A stretch of DNA of 64,000 nt from Candidatus Latescibacterota bacterium (GTDB taxonomy: Bacteria > Latescibacterota > UBA2968 > UBA8231). The stretch is taken from the NCBI GenBank assembly GCA_020852055.1, contig JADZBP010000161.1:9493-73492 (forward strand), in the 5' to 3' direction. The first letter of the stretch is position 1, and the number at the start of each line of letters is the position of its first letter. Positions 27,698 through 37,163 of the stretch are shown here, one piece after another. The notes below the pieces were generated by a model. The model worked only from the letters and a program-made list of their open reading frames with translations. It was not told where the DNA came from and ran no database searches. Both the position numbers and the translations under genes were made by a program.

Positions 27698-28609
27698 CAC
27701 CAACCGCAAGCGCGTCGAGGAAGAATTCTTCCTGAATTATCAGGTAATCTCCCGCCGCTCAAAGAACAGCGTCAGCTCATCAAGAAGATCGATAAGGGCC
27801 GGTCGAGTATCGGGATTGCTCAGCTAGAGATCACCCGCCAGAAATCCATCCTCATCAAACTCAAACAAGCCATCCTGCAGGAGGCGATTCAGGGCAAGCT
27901 GACCGCCGACTGGCGCACCGCCCACCCGGACGTGGAACCCGCGAGCCGGCTCCTCCAGCGCATTCAAGCAGAAAAAGCCCGGCTCATCGCCGCGAAGAAG
28001 CTCCGTTCCGAAAAACCGCTGCCCAAGATCAATGCTGATGAAACTCCGTTCGAGATTCCGAAGGGGTGGGAGTGGTGTCAGCTAGCCGGTATAATGATTT
28101 GTCGCGATGGGGAAAGGGTTCCGATAAGTAAGGCCGACCGCGAGCGTCGAGGCAAAATCTATCCTTACTATGGCGCTTCTGGAGTGATCGACAAAATCGA
28201 CGGCTTCACTCACGATGGCCGCTTTTTGTTGGTGGGAGAAGATGGCTCCAATCTTCGCCTTCGATCTACGCCTGTGGCATTCGAGGCTGACGGAAAGATC
28301 TGGGATAATAACCACGCGCATGTTTTGGAATTTGTTGATCCAGCGTTGCAGAATTTCGTTGCTCATCGGATAAACGGAATGGACATATCCTCTTTCGTGA
28401 AGGGCGGTTTCCAACCCAAGCTCAGCCAGGAAAATCTTAACCGCATACCCGTCCCCCTTCCACCCCTCGCCGAACAAGCCGCCATCGTGGAACGGGTGGA
28501 GGCGCTGATGGCGACCTGCCGGGCGCTGGAAACGGAGATCGAACAGGCACGCACCCACGCTGCGCATCTGCTCCAGGCGGTGCTCAAAGAAGCCTTCTCG
28601 CCGGCCTGA
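27698..28609 (+). pseudogene. hsdS: type I restriction specificity subunit (hsdS) fragment: central conserved region plus one target-recognition domain
   Basis: LPPLKEQRQLIKKI, a coiled linker, a TRD, then IPVPLPPLAEQAAIVERVEALM. It has no proper start and abuts the hsdR fragment directly. No hsdM lies between them. Confidence 0.7.
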
Positions 28610-28826
28610 GGGGGAACCGCTTCTTCGCTGCGCTGAAAAAAAGCGCTGGTGGACTGGCTGGAACCCAAGCCGCCGGCATACCGCGCCGCCGGGATACCGG
28701 AGTTGTAGGTCCCGGCTCCGTGGAAGGTCCGTTTGGATGGGTCTATTTTATGGAGTATCTTATCGAATCACCTCGGGGAAAGCCGGTACTCGAGGGTACT
28801 GAAAGTTTTTTCTTTGGAGGGTGAAG

Positions 28827-29021
28827 ATGCACCTCAGCCTGGAACTAAACGACCAGGAATCCCAGAGACTCCAAATTCAGGCGGCAGAGCTTGGGGTGAC
28901 TCCTGAACAATTGGCGCGTCGGGTTCTCGCTGACCTGCTCGCCGAACCCGAGGAACAGTTCAGGGCTGTTGTAGAACGGGTTATCGGGGAAAACCGCGAG
29001 TTGTATAAGCGGCTCGGCTAG
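28827..29021 (+). CDS. putative antitoxin of the Doc module (Phd-like role)
   Basis: 64 aa from ATG 28827 (GGAGG 6 nt upstream). Its TAG stop overlaps the GTG start of doc (TAGTG). Confidence 0.6.
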   Translation: MHLSLELNDQESQRLQIQAAELGVTPEQLARRVLADLLAEPEEQFRAVVERVIGENRELYKRLG

Positions 29022-29407
29022 TGCGGTTCCTAAGACTCAACGAAATCTTCTACCTCCATCGCCGCATTATCGAGGAGACCGGAGGCGCTACGGGTTTGAG
29101 AGACGCAGGCGCCCTGGATTCCGCTTTGGCTCAGCCGCGGATGACTTTTGGCGGAGCAGACCTCTACCCTGGCTTGGCTCATAAGGCTGCCGCACTGTGT
29201 TTCTCGCTCGTTCAGAACCACCCCTTTGTGGATGGCAATAAGCGTGTAGGACATGCCGCAATGGTCGCGTTTTTGGAACTGAACGGCCATAGGTTTGAGG
29301 CGGGTATCGACGAGCAGGAGCACATGATTCTCGGTGTGGCTGCGAGCGCCATTGGCCGCGAGGAGTTCGTTCTTTGGGTGAGCGCTCACATTGTGGAGAA
29401 GAAGTAG
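29021..29407 (+). CDS. doc: death-on-curing (Doc) family toxin, Fic domain
   Basis: 128 aa. Fic/Doc motif HPFVDGNKRVG. Confidence 0.85.
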   Translation: MRFLRLNEIFYLHRRIIEETGGATGLRDAGALDSALAQPRMTFGGADLYPGLAHKAAALCFSLVQNHPFVDGNKRVGHAAMVAFLELNGHRFEAGIDEQEHMILGVAASAIGREEFVLWVSAHIVEKK

Positions 29408-29530
29408 AACTTCACCAGCGATACTCAAAGAAGTCTTCGTCCCCGCCTGAGCAATCCCCCCTCACCCGTACCCCTCCCGAATCAACGCCCTGATTAGTCA
29501 AAGGCGTAGGCCGGCCAGCGCCTTCCCGTC

Positions 29531-31501
29531 TCACTCCTTCAGCGACAGGGTGATGGCCCCGCGCATCTTGAGGATGTACTTGGGCCGGTCCAGCGGCGAG
29601 ATGCCCTTGTAGGGGCGGGAGATCCCGGTGCCGGGTGGGCACAACTCGTAGCGGTCGAATCGCTGCGAGAGCTGGGCCTTGCCCCCGGTGAGGGAACCGA
29701 GGCGCACCGCGTAGTCCATGGAGGTGGCGAGGGGGAATGAGCCTTTCAGATGGAATTGGGTCTGGCTCAGTTCGGCCGGCGCAAAAGTGCCGCGCAGGTG
29801 CACGAGGTCGGCGCAGATCTTGCCCAGGAATTCCTTGGGAGCCGCGATCTGGAAGGCGAGGATGGGTTCGAGCAGCAGGGTGTCGGCTGCGGCGAGTCCG
29901 TTCATCAGGGCCATGTTGGTGGCGATGATGAAGTCGCCGGGGCGGCTGTGCAGGACGTGGTCGCTGCCTTCCACCAGGGTAATCTTGAGATCCGTCACCT
30001 CCCAGCCGCGGATGCCCTGCTTGAGGGCGTCGGGGATGGCCGCCGCGATCTCGTGCTGGTACTTCTGCTTGATGTCGTTGGTAGCTACGGTGGAAGAGTA
30101 GCTGATGCCGCTGCCGCGCGGGCCGGGCTCAAGCAGAAATCTGACGATGGCCCAGCAGGGTTTGGGCATGGTGTAGGCGTCGGCGCCCCAGGCCGCTTTG
30201 GCCGGGGTCTCCTTGTAGACCACGGTCGGGGCGCTGAAGCGGGCCTGCAGGCCGAAACGGTCCGCCAGGATCTCGGTGAGGATCTCCGTCTGGATTACCC
30301 CCATGATCTTGACATGCAACTCGCGCTCCTCGGGCACCCAGCGGAAGCTGAGATGCGGGTCCTCGCTGGCCAACTGCTGCAGGGCCTCGGCCAGGCGGGT
30401 GTGGTCGGCCTCGTCCTGGGGCAATACCTGGACGGAGAGCAGGGGTTCGCTCAGGGTGTAGTTGCCCGGCACCGGTCCGGGGTCGCCGAGGATATCGCCG
30501 ATCTGCACCTGGGGCATGCCGCAGAGGAAACCGATCTCCCCGGCCCGCAAGAGGCCGGTGTCCTCGTAGCGGTGCAGGGAGACCTTCTTGATCTGGGTGA
30601 TCTTCTCGCTGCGGCCGGCGGTGGTGTTCTCGACCAGGTCGCGGGTTTTCAGGCTGCCGGTGTAGAGGCGCACCCCGGCGACGCGCCCCAGCTTGGGGTC
30701 GTGGTCCAGGCGGAAGACCACCGCGGAAACCGGGGCCTCGTCGTCGGTGGGCGCGTCGGGCAGGTAGGAGACCACGGCGTCGAGCAATTCCCGCACCCCG
30801 GTCTGGGTCTTGGCCGCGCCGCACAACACCGGAAAGAGGGAGCGGTGGGCCGTGGCAGCGGTCAGGGCGCGTTGCACCGCTTCGGGGGTCAGGGGTTTTT
30901 CGTCGAGATACAGCCCCAGCAATTCCTCGTCGGTGGCGGCCACCTTTTCGTATAACTCGCGCTGCAGCTCCGCGCTCAGTGGGGCGATACCTGCCTCGGG
31001 GAAACCCTCGTTCTCGGGCTGGTTGAGCAGGACCATCTCGGGGGAGAGGGTGCGCCGCAACTGGGTGAGCACTGCGGCCGTATCGGCGCCCATGCGGTCG
31101 ATCTTGTTGATGAAGAGCAGCACCGGAATCCGCCGGGCGGCCAGGGCATTCCAGAGGGGTTCGGTCTGCGCCTGCAGGCCCTCCACTGCCGAGAGCACCA
31201 GCACCGCCCCATCCAATACCCGCAGGGCGCGTTCCACCTCCGAAGAAAAATCCACGTGGCCGGGGGTATCGATCAGGTTGATCTGCACCCCCTGCCAGGC
31301 AAAGGAAAGGGTGGAAGCGCGCACCGAGATGCCGCGTTTGCGCTCCACCTCCAACCCGTCCGAGAGGCTGGTGCCTTTATCGACGCTGCCCAGGGAACGC
31401 AGGCTGCCGCTGAGGAAGAGCAGGTCTTCGGTGAGGGTGGTCTTGCCGGCATCCACGTGGGCCAGGATGCCCAGGTTGCGGATGCGGCGGGACTCGGCCA
31501 C
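29531..31501 (-). CDS. TetM/TetO-family translation-factor GTPase (ribosomal protection protein-like)
   Basis: GTG 31501 shares one nt with the upstream stop (TAGTG). G1 AHVDAGKTT, TetM-specific LGSVDKGT, G3 DTPGH, G4 NKID. About 656 aa with an EF-G-like domain order and a TetM-like C-terminal end. Confidence 0.8.
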   Translation of the reverse strand: MAESRRIRNLGILAHVDAGKTTLTEDLLFLSGSLRSLGSVDKGTSLSDGLEVERKRGISVRASTLSFAWQGVQINLIDTPGHVDFSSEVERALRVLDGAVLVLSAVEGLQAQTEPLWNALAARRIPVLLFINKIDRMGADTAAVLTQLRRTLSPEMVLLNQPENEGFPEAGIAPLSAELQRELYEKVAATDEELLGLYLDEKPLTPEAVQRALTAATAHRSLFPVLCGAAKTQTGVRELLDAVVSYLPDAPTDDEAPVSAVVFRLDHDPKLGRVAGVRLYTGSLKTRDLVENTTAGRSEKITQIKKVSLHRYEDTGLLRAGEIGFLCGMPQVQIGDILGDPGPVPGNYTLSEPLLSVQVLPQDEADHTRLAEALQQLASEDPHLSFRWVPEERELHVKIMGVIQTEILTEILADRFGLQARFSAPTVVYKETPAKAAWGADAYTMPKPCWAIVRFLLEPGPRGSGISYSSTVATNDIKQKYQHEIAAAIPDALKQGIRGWEVTDLKITLVEGSDHVLHSRPGDFIIATNMALMNGLAAADTLLLEPILAFQIAAPKEFLGKICADLVHLRGTFAPAELSQTQFHLKGSFPLATSMDYAVRLGSLTGGKAQLSQRFDRYELCPPGTGISRPYKGISPLDRPKYILKMRGAITLSLKE

Positions 31502-33330
31502 TAGATCGCCACGCCCTTGAACTGGCTGGTGTACAACTGATGGTAGAAACCGCGCTGGTCGAGCAGTTGCTGGTGGGTGCCCTGCTCGACGAGCTGGCCG
31601 TTGTGGACCACCACCACCAAGTCGGCGTCGCGGATGGTGCTCAGGCGGTGGGCGATGACAAAGGCGGTGCGCCCCTGCATCAGCCGCAGCAGCGAGGCCT
31701 GGATGCGCAGCTCGGTGCGGGTATCGACGCTGCTGGTGGCCTCGTCGAGGATGAGGATGGCCGGGTCGGCGAGGATGGCGCGGGCAATGGCCAGCAACTG
31801 GCGCTGCCCCTGGCTGAGGTTGCCGGCCCGCTCCGAGAGCAGGGTCTGATAGCCTTCGGGCAATTGATGGATGAAGTGGTCGGCGTCGGCCATACGGGCG
31901 GCCTCGATCACCTCGGCGTCGGTGGCGTCGAGCCGGCCGTAGCGGATATTGTCCATCACCGAGGCGGAGAAGAGGTAGGTGTCTTGCAGCACGAGGCCCA
32001 GGCGGCGGCGCAGCTCGGGTTTGGGGAACTGCCGCAGGTCGGTCCCGTCGATGGTGATCCGGCCGCTCTCGATCTCGTAGAAACGGGTCAACAGGTTGAC
32101 GATGGTGGTTTTGCCAGCCCCGGTGGGCCCCACCAGGGCGATGGTCTGGCCTGGCCTGGCTTCGAGGGTCATGTCCTTGATGATGGGGGTACCGGGCACG
32201 TAGCTGAAGCGCACCTGCTCGAAACAGACCTGCCCCCTGGTTTTGGCCGGCGCGGCAGCCACAGGCGCCTCGTCCACCTCCGAAGGGGTGTCGAGGATCT
32301 CGAAGACCCGCTCCCCTCCGGCCAGGGCCGCCTGTATCGAGTTGTACATGTTGGCGAGCTGGCGCAGCGGGTTGATGAAGTTGCGGCCATAACTGATGAA
32401 GGTGACGATGGTGCCCACCGTGACCAGGCCCTTGAGCGCCAGCCAACCGCCCAGGCCGGCGATGGCGATGACAAAGAGGTTGCCCAGCTGGTTGGTCAGC
32501 GGCATCAGCAACAGGGCGTAGGAGTTGGCGTAGATGGCAGCACGGCAGACTTGTTCGTTGTGCCGGCGGAATTCGGCGGCGGCCCAATCGCCGCGGCGGA
32601 AGGCCTTGACCACCCGCTGGCCGCTGATGGCTTCCTCCACCACCGCGTTGAGTTGGCCCAGGTCTTTCTGCAACTCGCGGAAGCCCTTGCGGGTGTAGCG
32701 GGCGACGAAGTTGGTGAACCAGAACATGATCGGCACCACGATCACCGAGGCCAGGGCCAGCCAGAAGTTGAGCACGAACATCGCCACCAGAATGCCCCCC
32801 AGGGAGAGCACGCTGGCCAGCAGGGCCACCACGTTCTGGGAGATGGCGGTATTGAGGGCCTCGACGTCGTTGGTCAGGCGGCTCATCAGCTCGCCGGCGG
32901 GGTGGTTGTCGTAGAAGCGCAGTTCGAGGGTTTGCAGGTGGCCAAAGAGGTCGGCGCGCACCTTCTTGAGCGCCCGCTGCGAGACGGCGGCCATCAGCCG
33001 GCCCGAGGCGACATCGGCCAGGCTGCCCAGCAGGAAGACGGCCAGCATCCAGCCGGAGATCAGGGCTAGCCCCTCGGTGTCGCGGGTGGCGATGTATTCG
33101 TCGAAGGCCCGGCCCATCAGGTACGGCCCCGCCAGGCCCAGGCCGGTGGAGATAAAGACCAGGCAGACAACGATGGCCAGCAGCACCCGGTGCTGGCCTA
33201 GGTAGGGGATGAGGCGGGCCAGGGTGCGGCGCGGGTCGCGCGCCTTCTCGATCTTGCCCGGCATGCCCGGCGGGCCGCGGCGCACGGCGGGCGGGCTGTC
33301 GCTGGAGGCGCTGCGCTCGTGCTGGGTCAT
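31501..33330 (-). CDS. ABC exporter half-transporter (TMD-NBD), canonical Walker B, degenerate signature
   Basis: Start at MTQHERSAS (ATG 33330). Walker A GPTGAGKTT, signature LSQGQRQ (not LSGGQ), Walker B ILILDEATS. Confidence 0.9.
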   Translation of the reverse strand: MTQHERSASSDSPPAVRRGPPGMPGKIEKARDPRRTLARLIPYLGQHRVLLAIVVCLVFISTGLGLAGPYLMGRAFDEYIATRDTEGLALISGWMLAVFLLGSLADVASGRLMAAVSQRALKKVRADLFGHLQTLELRFYDNHPAGELMSRLTNDVEALNTAISQNVVALLASVLSLGGILVAMFVLNFWLALASVIVVPIMFWFTNFVARYTRKGFRELQKDLGQLNAVVEEAISGQRVVKAFRRGDWAAAEFRRHNEQVCRAAIYANSYALLLMPLTNQLGNLFVIAIAGLGGWLALKGLVTVGTIVTFISYGRNFINPLRQLANMYNSIQAALAGGERVFEILDTPSEVDEAPVAAAPAKTRGQVCFEQVRFSYVPGTPIIKDMTLEARPGQTIALVGPTGAGKTTIVNLLTRFYEIESGRITIDGTDLRQFPKPELRRRLGLVLQDTYLFSASVMDNIRYGRLDATDAEVIEAARMADADHFIHQLPEGYQTLLSERAGNLSQGQRQLLAIARAILADPAILILDEATSSVDTRTELRIQASLLRLMQGRTAFVIAHRLSTIRDADLVVVVHNGQLVEQGTHQQLLDQRGFYHQLYTSQFKGVAI

Positions 33331-33334
33331 CGCC

Positions 33335-35080
33335 TCAGCCTCCGTTGGGGCCGGGGCCCAGTTGGGAGGCGTAGATCTCCTGGTAGATGGGGCTGGATTG
33401 CAGCAGTTCTCGGTGGGTCCCCTCGGCGGCGAGGCGGCCTTTGTCGATGACCACAATCTTGTCGGCCTTGAGCACGGTGCTGATGCGCTGGGCCACCACG
33501 AAGCAGGTGCGGCCTTCCATCCAGGCCTCCAGCGCCTCCTGGATCTTGGTTTCGGTCTCCACGTCCACCGCGCTGGTGCTGTCGTCGAGGATGAGGATGG
33601 CCGGGCGGGTGAGCAGGGCGCGGGCAATGGCCAGGCGCTGCTTCTGCCCGCCCGAGAGGTTGACGCCGCGTTCCTCGACCCGGGTGTCGTACCCCTGGGG
33701 CAATTCGAGCACAAAGTCGTGGGCCTGGGCGGCCCGGGCGGCAGCCACCACCTCCTCGTCGCCGGCGGTGGGCCGGCCGTAGCGGATATTGTCGCGCACC
33801 GTGCCCGAGAAGAGCACCGTCTCCTGCGGCACCACGCCGATGTGGTCCAAGAGCGAATCCTGCTGGATCTGGCGCAGGTCCTGCCCGTCAATGAGGATGC
33901 GGCCGGCAGTGGGGTCGTAGAAGCGCGGGATCAGATTGACCAAGGTGCTCTTGCCTGCCCCGGTGGCGCCCAGGATGGCCACGGTCTGCCCCGGCTCGGC
34001 GACCAGGTCGATGTCCTCCAGCACGATGGTCTCGTTCGAGTCGTGGTAGTGGAAGCCGACCTTTTCGAAGACCACCCGCGGCCGGGCCGAGGCGGGCAGA
34101 GGCGGGGCTCCGGGCGCATCCTGCACCTGGGGCACGGTGTCGAGCACCTCGTTGAGGCGCTCGGCCGAGACGATGCCGGCGGCCCAGACATTGGCCAGCA
34201 TGGTCATGATCATCAGCGGCCCGATGGCGGTTTGGAGATAATTGACGAAGGCCACGATCTGGCCGATGGTCACCTCGCCGTGCATCGCCTGCACCCCGCC
34301 GGCCCAGATGACCACCACGATGCCCACGTTGATACAGGCGCTGAGGGCCGGCCCCATGGTGGAGAGGAACTCCACGACCCGGATATTGCGCTCGGTGAAA
34401 TCCTCGTTGGCTGATTCGAAACGCGCGGCTTCGTGGTCGGCGCGCACGAAGGCTTTGACCACCCGCACCCCGGAGATGTTCTCCTGCAGGATGGTGTTGA
34501 GCCGGTCGAGTTTCTGCTGCATGGTCAGAAAGAGGGGCCGCATCCGGGTGATGAAGTAGACGATGATGCCCGAGGTGAGCAGCAGCAGGGGCACCACCAC
34601 CAGGGCCAGATGGCGGTCGGTGATGAACATCAGCGCGATGCTGCCGACCATCAGCAGGGTGGCGCGGGTGCCGATGCGCAGGGAGACCTGCACCACCCTG
34701 AGCATCGCCCCCGAGTCGCTGGAGAGGCGCACCATCAGCTGGCCGGTCTTGAGCCGGTCGAGATTGCCGTAGGAGAAGGATTGAACCTTGAGGAAGAGGG
34801 CCTCGCGCAGGTCGCGGGCCACCCCCTCGCCCACCTGCACCGAGAAGTTGTTGTTGCCGATGGCGAAGAGGGTGCTGGCCACCGAGATGGCCAGCATCAA
34901 CAGGAAGGTGTGCCAGACCTCCTCCATGTCACCGGCCAGGATGCCCTGGTCGATGATGTGCTGCACCAGGCGGGGGATGGCCAGGTCGAGGACCACGACG
35001 ATGACCAGCAGCACCAGCGAGAGCACACTCTTCTGCCAGTAGGGTTTGACGAAGGGCAGCAGTTTGAGGACGTGTCGCAT
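33335..35080 (-). CDS. ABC exporter half-transporter (TMD-NBD), degenerate catalytic site
   Basis: Start at MRHVLKLLPFVKPYW (ATG 35080). Walker A GATGAGKST, signature LSGGQKQ, Walker B ILILDDSTS (Asp replaces the catalytic Glu). Confidence 0.9.
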   Translation of the reverse strand: MRHVLKLLPFVKPYWQKSVLSLVLLVIVVVLDLAIPRLVQHIIDQGILAGDMEEVWHTFLLMLAISVASTLFAIGNNNFSVQVGEGVARDLREALFLKVQSFSYGNLDRLKTGQLMVRLSSDSGAMLRVVQVSLRIGTRATLLMVGSIALMFITDRHLALVVVPLLLLTSGIIVYFITRMRPLFLTMQQKLDRLNTILQENISGVRVVKAFVRADHEAARFESANEDFTERNIRVVEFLSTMGPALSACINVGIVVVIWAGGVQAMHGEVTIGQIVAFVNYLQTAIGPLMIMTMLANVWAAGIVSAERLNEVLDTVPQVQDAPGAPPLPASARPRVVFEKVGFHYHDSNETIVLEDIDLVAEPGQTVAILGATGAGKSTLVNLIPRFYDPTAGRILIDGQDLRQIQQDSLLDHIGVVPQETVLFSGTVRDNIRYGRPTAGDEEVVAAARAAQAHDFVLELPQGYDTRVEERGVNLSGGQKQRLAIARALLTRPAILILDDSTSAVDVETETKIQEALEAWMEGRTCFVVAQRISTVLKADKIVVIDKGRLAAEGTHRELLQSSPIYQEIYASQLGPGPNGG

Positions 35081-35111
35081 CAGAGGGGGTCCACCGGGTT
35101 TTCGTTGCGAC

Positions 35112-35254
35112 GGGGAGCGACCCGCTCCGGCCTTTCCCAAGGCGCGTCCTGCCCCCTCGCTCGCACAGCTCCGCTACTCCACCACCCCACCACGCGGACT
35201 TCCCTTCCCGACCACTCCCCAGGGAAAGTCCTGCGGGGTCATCTCCCCGCCGCT
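35112..35254. repeat. dispersed C-rich mosaic repeat, family B, copy B1
   Basis: Aligns box-for-box with 42950-43097 and 7220-7435. Ends exactly at ATG 35255. Confidence 0.55.
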
Positions 35255-36133
35255 ATGGGTACGCAATCCATATTTGACGCGCCGGTGGCACCACAGCAAT
35301 TTAAGGAAATGCCAACCTTTGAACATGCTGTCGCCAAAATCGCCTATCATGGCCAGGGCGCCGGGCCGCCGGTGCTCTTCATTCAGGGGGTGGGGGTGCC
35401 CGGTGGTGGCTGGGGCCCGCAACTGGAGGGCCTGGCCGATCGCTTCCACTGCGTTGCCTTCGATCACCGCGGCCTGGGCGGGAGCAGTCCGGTGGAGGGC
35501 CGGCTGCACCTCGCCGACCTGGTGGGGGACACCCTGGCCCTGATGGACGAACTGGGCTGGGACGACGCGCATCTGGTGGGCCACAGCATGGGCGGGGTCA
35601 TCGCCCACCAGTTGGCCCTCGACGCCCGCAGCCGGGTCCGCAGCCTCTCGCTCCTGTGTACCTTTGCCCGCGGCAAGGACGCGGCGCGTCTGAGCCCCTG
35701 GATCGCCTGGGTGGGCCTGCGCACCCGCGTGGGTTCGCGCGCCATGCGCCGGCGGGCTTTCCTCGAAATGATTTTGCCTGCCGCAGTGCGCCGGGGTGCC
35801 AATCTGGAGGCCCTGGCCACCCACTACGGCACCTTCTTCGGGCGCGACCTGGCCGAGCAGCCGCCGGTGGTGATGAAGCAGTTGCAGGCCCTGGCCGCCC
35901 ACGACCAGCGGGCCCGCTTGCCCGAGCTGGGGGGGCTGCCTACCCTGGTGGTCAGCGGCGCCGAGGACCGGCTGGCCCTGCCGGCGTACGGCTGGGCCCT
36001 GGCCGGAGCCATCCGCGGGGCGCGGTACTATCAGTTCGCCGACGCGGCCCACGGCCTGCCCCTCGCCCAACCTGAACAGGTCAACACGTTGCTGGCCGAA
36101 CACCTGGCCGCTGCCGAAGCCGGCCGCTCCTGA
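35255..36133 (+). CDS. alpha/beta hydrolase fold protein
   Basis: PPVLFIQG, nucleophile elbow GHSMGG, C-terminal AAHG. An alternative start at ATG 35309 (MPTFEH) is possible because 35255 abuts the repeat and lacks an RBS. Confidence 0.8.
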   Translation: MGTQSIFDAPVAPQQFKEMPTFEHAVAKIAYHGQGAGPPVLFIQGVGVPGGGWGPQLEGLADRFHCVAFDHRGLGGSSPVEGRLHLADLVGDTLALMDELGWDDAHLVGHSMGGVIAHQLALDARSRVRSLSLLCTFARGKDAARLSPWIAWVGLRTRVGSRAMRRRAFLEMILPAAVRRGANLEALATHYGTFFGRDLAEQPPVVMKQLQALAAHDQRARLPELGGLPTLVVSGAEDRLALPAYGWALAGAIRGARYYQFADAAHGLPLAQPEQVNTLLAEHLAAAEAGRS

Positions 36134-36135
36134 CC

Positions 36136-37134
36136 ATGGATGCCACCACTTTAGACCGCTGGGCCGCCCCGTACCGCGGCTGGCACTACTGGCCCGAGTA
36201 TGTGATCTCCAGCCAGCCGGCCATCCCCGGACATGAAGAATTCCACAGCACCGATGTGCCCTGTGTGTACCAGCTGCCCGGCCAGCCGGATAGTTGGTAC
36301 ATGAGTTTCATCGCCTTCGATGGCAAGGGGTACAACAGTTTCGTGGCCCGCAGTCAGGACCTGCTCCACTGGGAGTACCTGGGCCTGGCCATGGGGTACG
36401 GGCCAGAGGGGGCGTTCGACTATGGCGGCTGTGTGGTGGGGGCGTACCTGTATGAAAGCTACGAGATCCGCGCCCCGCGCCGGCTGAAGCAACACCAGGA
36501 GTGTTTCTGGACCCTGTACGGCTGTTACCCACGCCAGGGCGGGTACGAGCTGCGGCCCGGGTACGAGGGGGTGGCCGCCAGCACCGACGGGCTGCGCTGG
36601 CAGCGGGCCCGCGACACCTACATCCTCTCGGTGCACGACCCCGACTGCGGCGCCTGGGAGCAGAGCTGTATCTATCAGCCCTGGCTGCTGGAGCACGAGG
36701 GGGGCTACTACAATTTCTACAACGCGGCCCAGGAAGGAACCGAACAAACCGGCCTGGCCCTCTCGGCGGATCTCCTGCACTGGCAGCGCCATGCCGGCAA
36801 CCCGGTGCTGCGGGTGCGGCCCGGCGGGTACGACGCAGTCTTCGCCTCGGACCCCAAGGTCTTCCGCGACGGCGACCACTGGACCATGTTCTACTTTGGC
36901 GTGGGCCGCGAGGGGGCACACATCATGATCGCCTTCTCGCAGGATCTGGTGCACTGGGCCGCCCACCCCGAGCCCCTGTACGCGGCCGGCGGGCATCCTG
37001 GCGGTCTGGACCGGCAGTACGCCCACAAGATCTCCCTGGTGTACCGCCCGGAGAACGACACCTTCTATCTGTATTACTGTGCCTGCGGCCCTCAGGGCCG
37101 GGGCATCGGCCTGATCAGCAGCCGTCCCCTCTGA
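36136..37134 (+). CDS. glycoside hydrolase-like five-bladed beta-propeller protein (GH43/GH130-like; family uncertain)
   Basis: 332 aa. Repeated W/Y-rich blade pattern (SFVARSQDLLHWEY, AASTDGLRWQR, ALSADLLHWQR, AFSQDLVHWAA). Assigned by general resemblance only. Confidence 0.55.
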   Translation: MDATTLDRWAAPYRGWHYWPEYVISSQPAIPGHEEFHSTDVPCVYQLPGQPDSWYMSFIAFDGKGYNSFVARSQDLLHWEYLGLAMGYGPEGAFDYGGCVVGAYLYESYEIRAPRRLKQHQECFWTLYGCYPRQGGYELRPGYEGVAASTDGLRWQRARDTYILSVHDPDCGAWEQSCIYQPWLLEHEGGYYNFYNAAQEGTEQTGLALSADLLHWQRHAGNPVLRVRPGGYDAVFASDPKVFRDGDHWTMFYFGVGREGAHIMIAFSQDLVHWAAHPEPLYAAGGHPGGLDRQYAHKISLVYRPENDTFYLYYCACGPQGRGIGLISSRPL

Positions 37135-37163
37135 AAGCGCTTTTCTTCGCGAGACGGAGAACC

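Noticed and set aside
29437-29485. Fifth copy of the family B repeat
   Set aside because: Only a short C-rich stretch (CCCCTCACCCGTACCCCTCCCGAATC) resembles part of copy B3. This could be a compositional coincidence, so it is mentioned only as a possibility.
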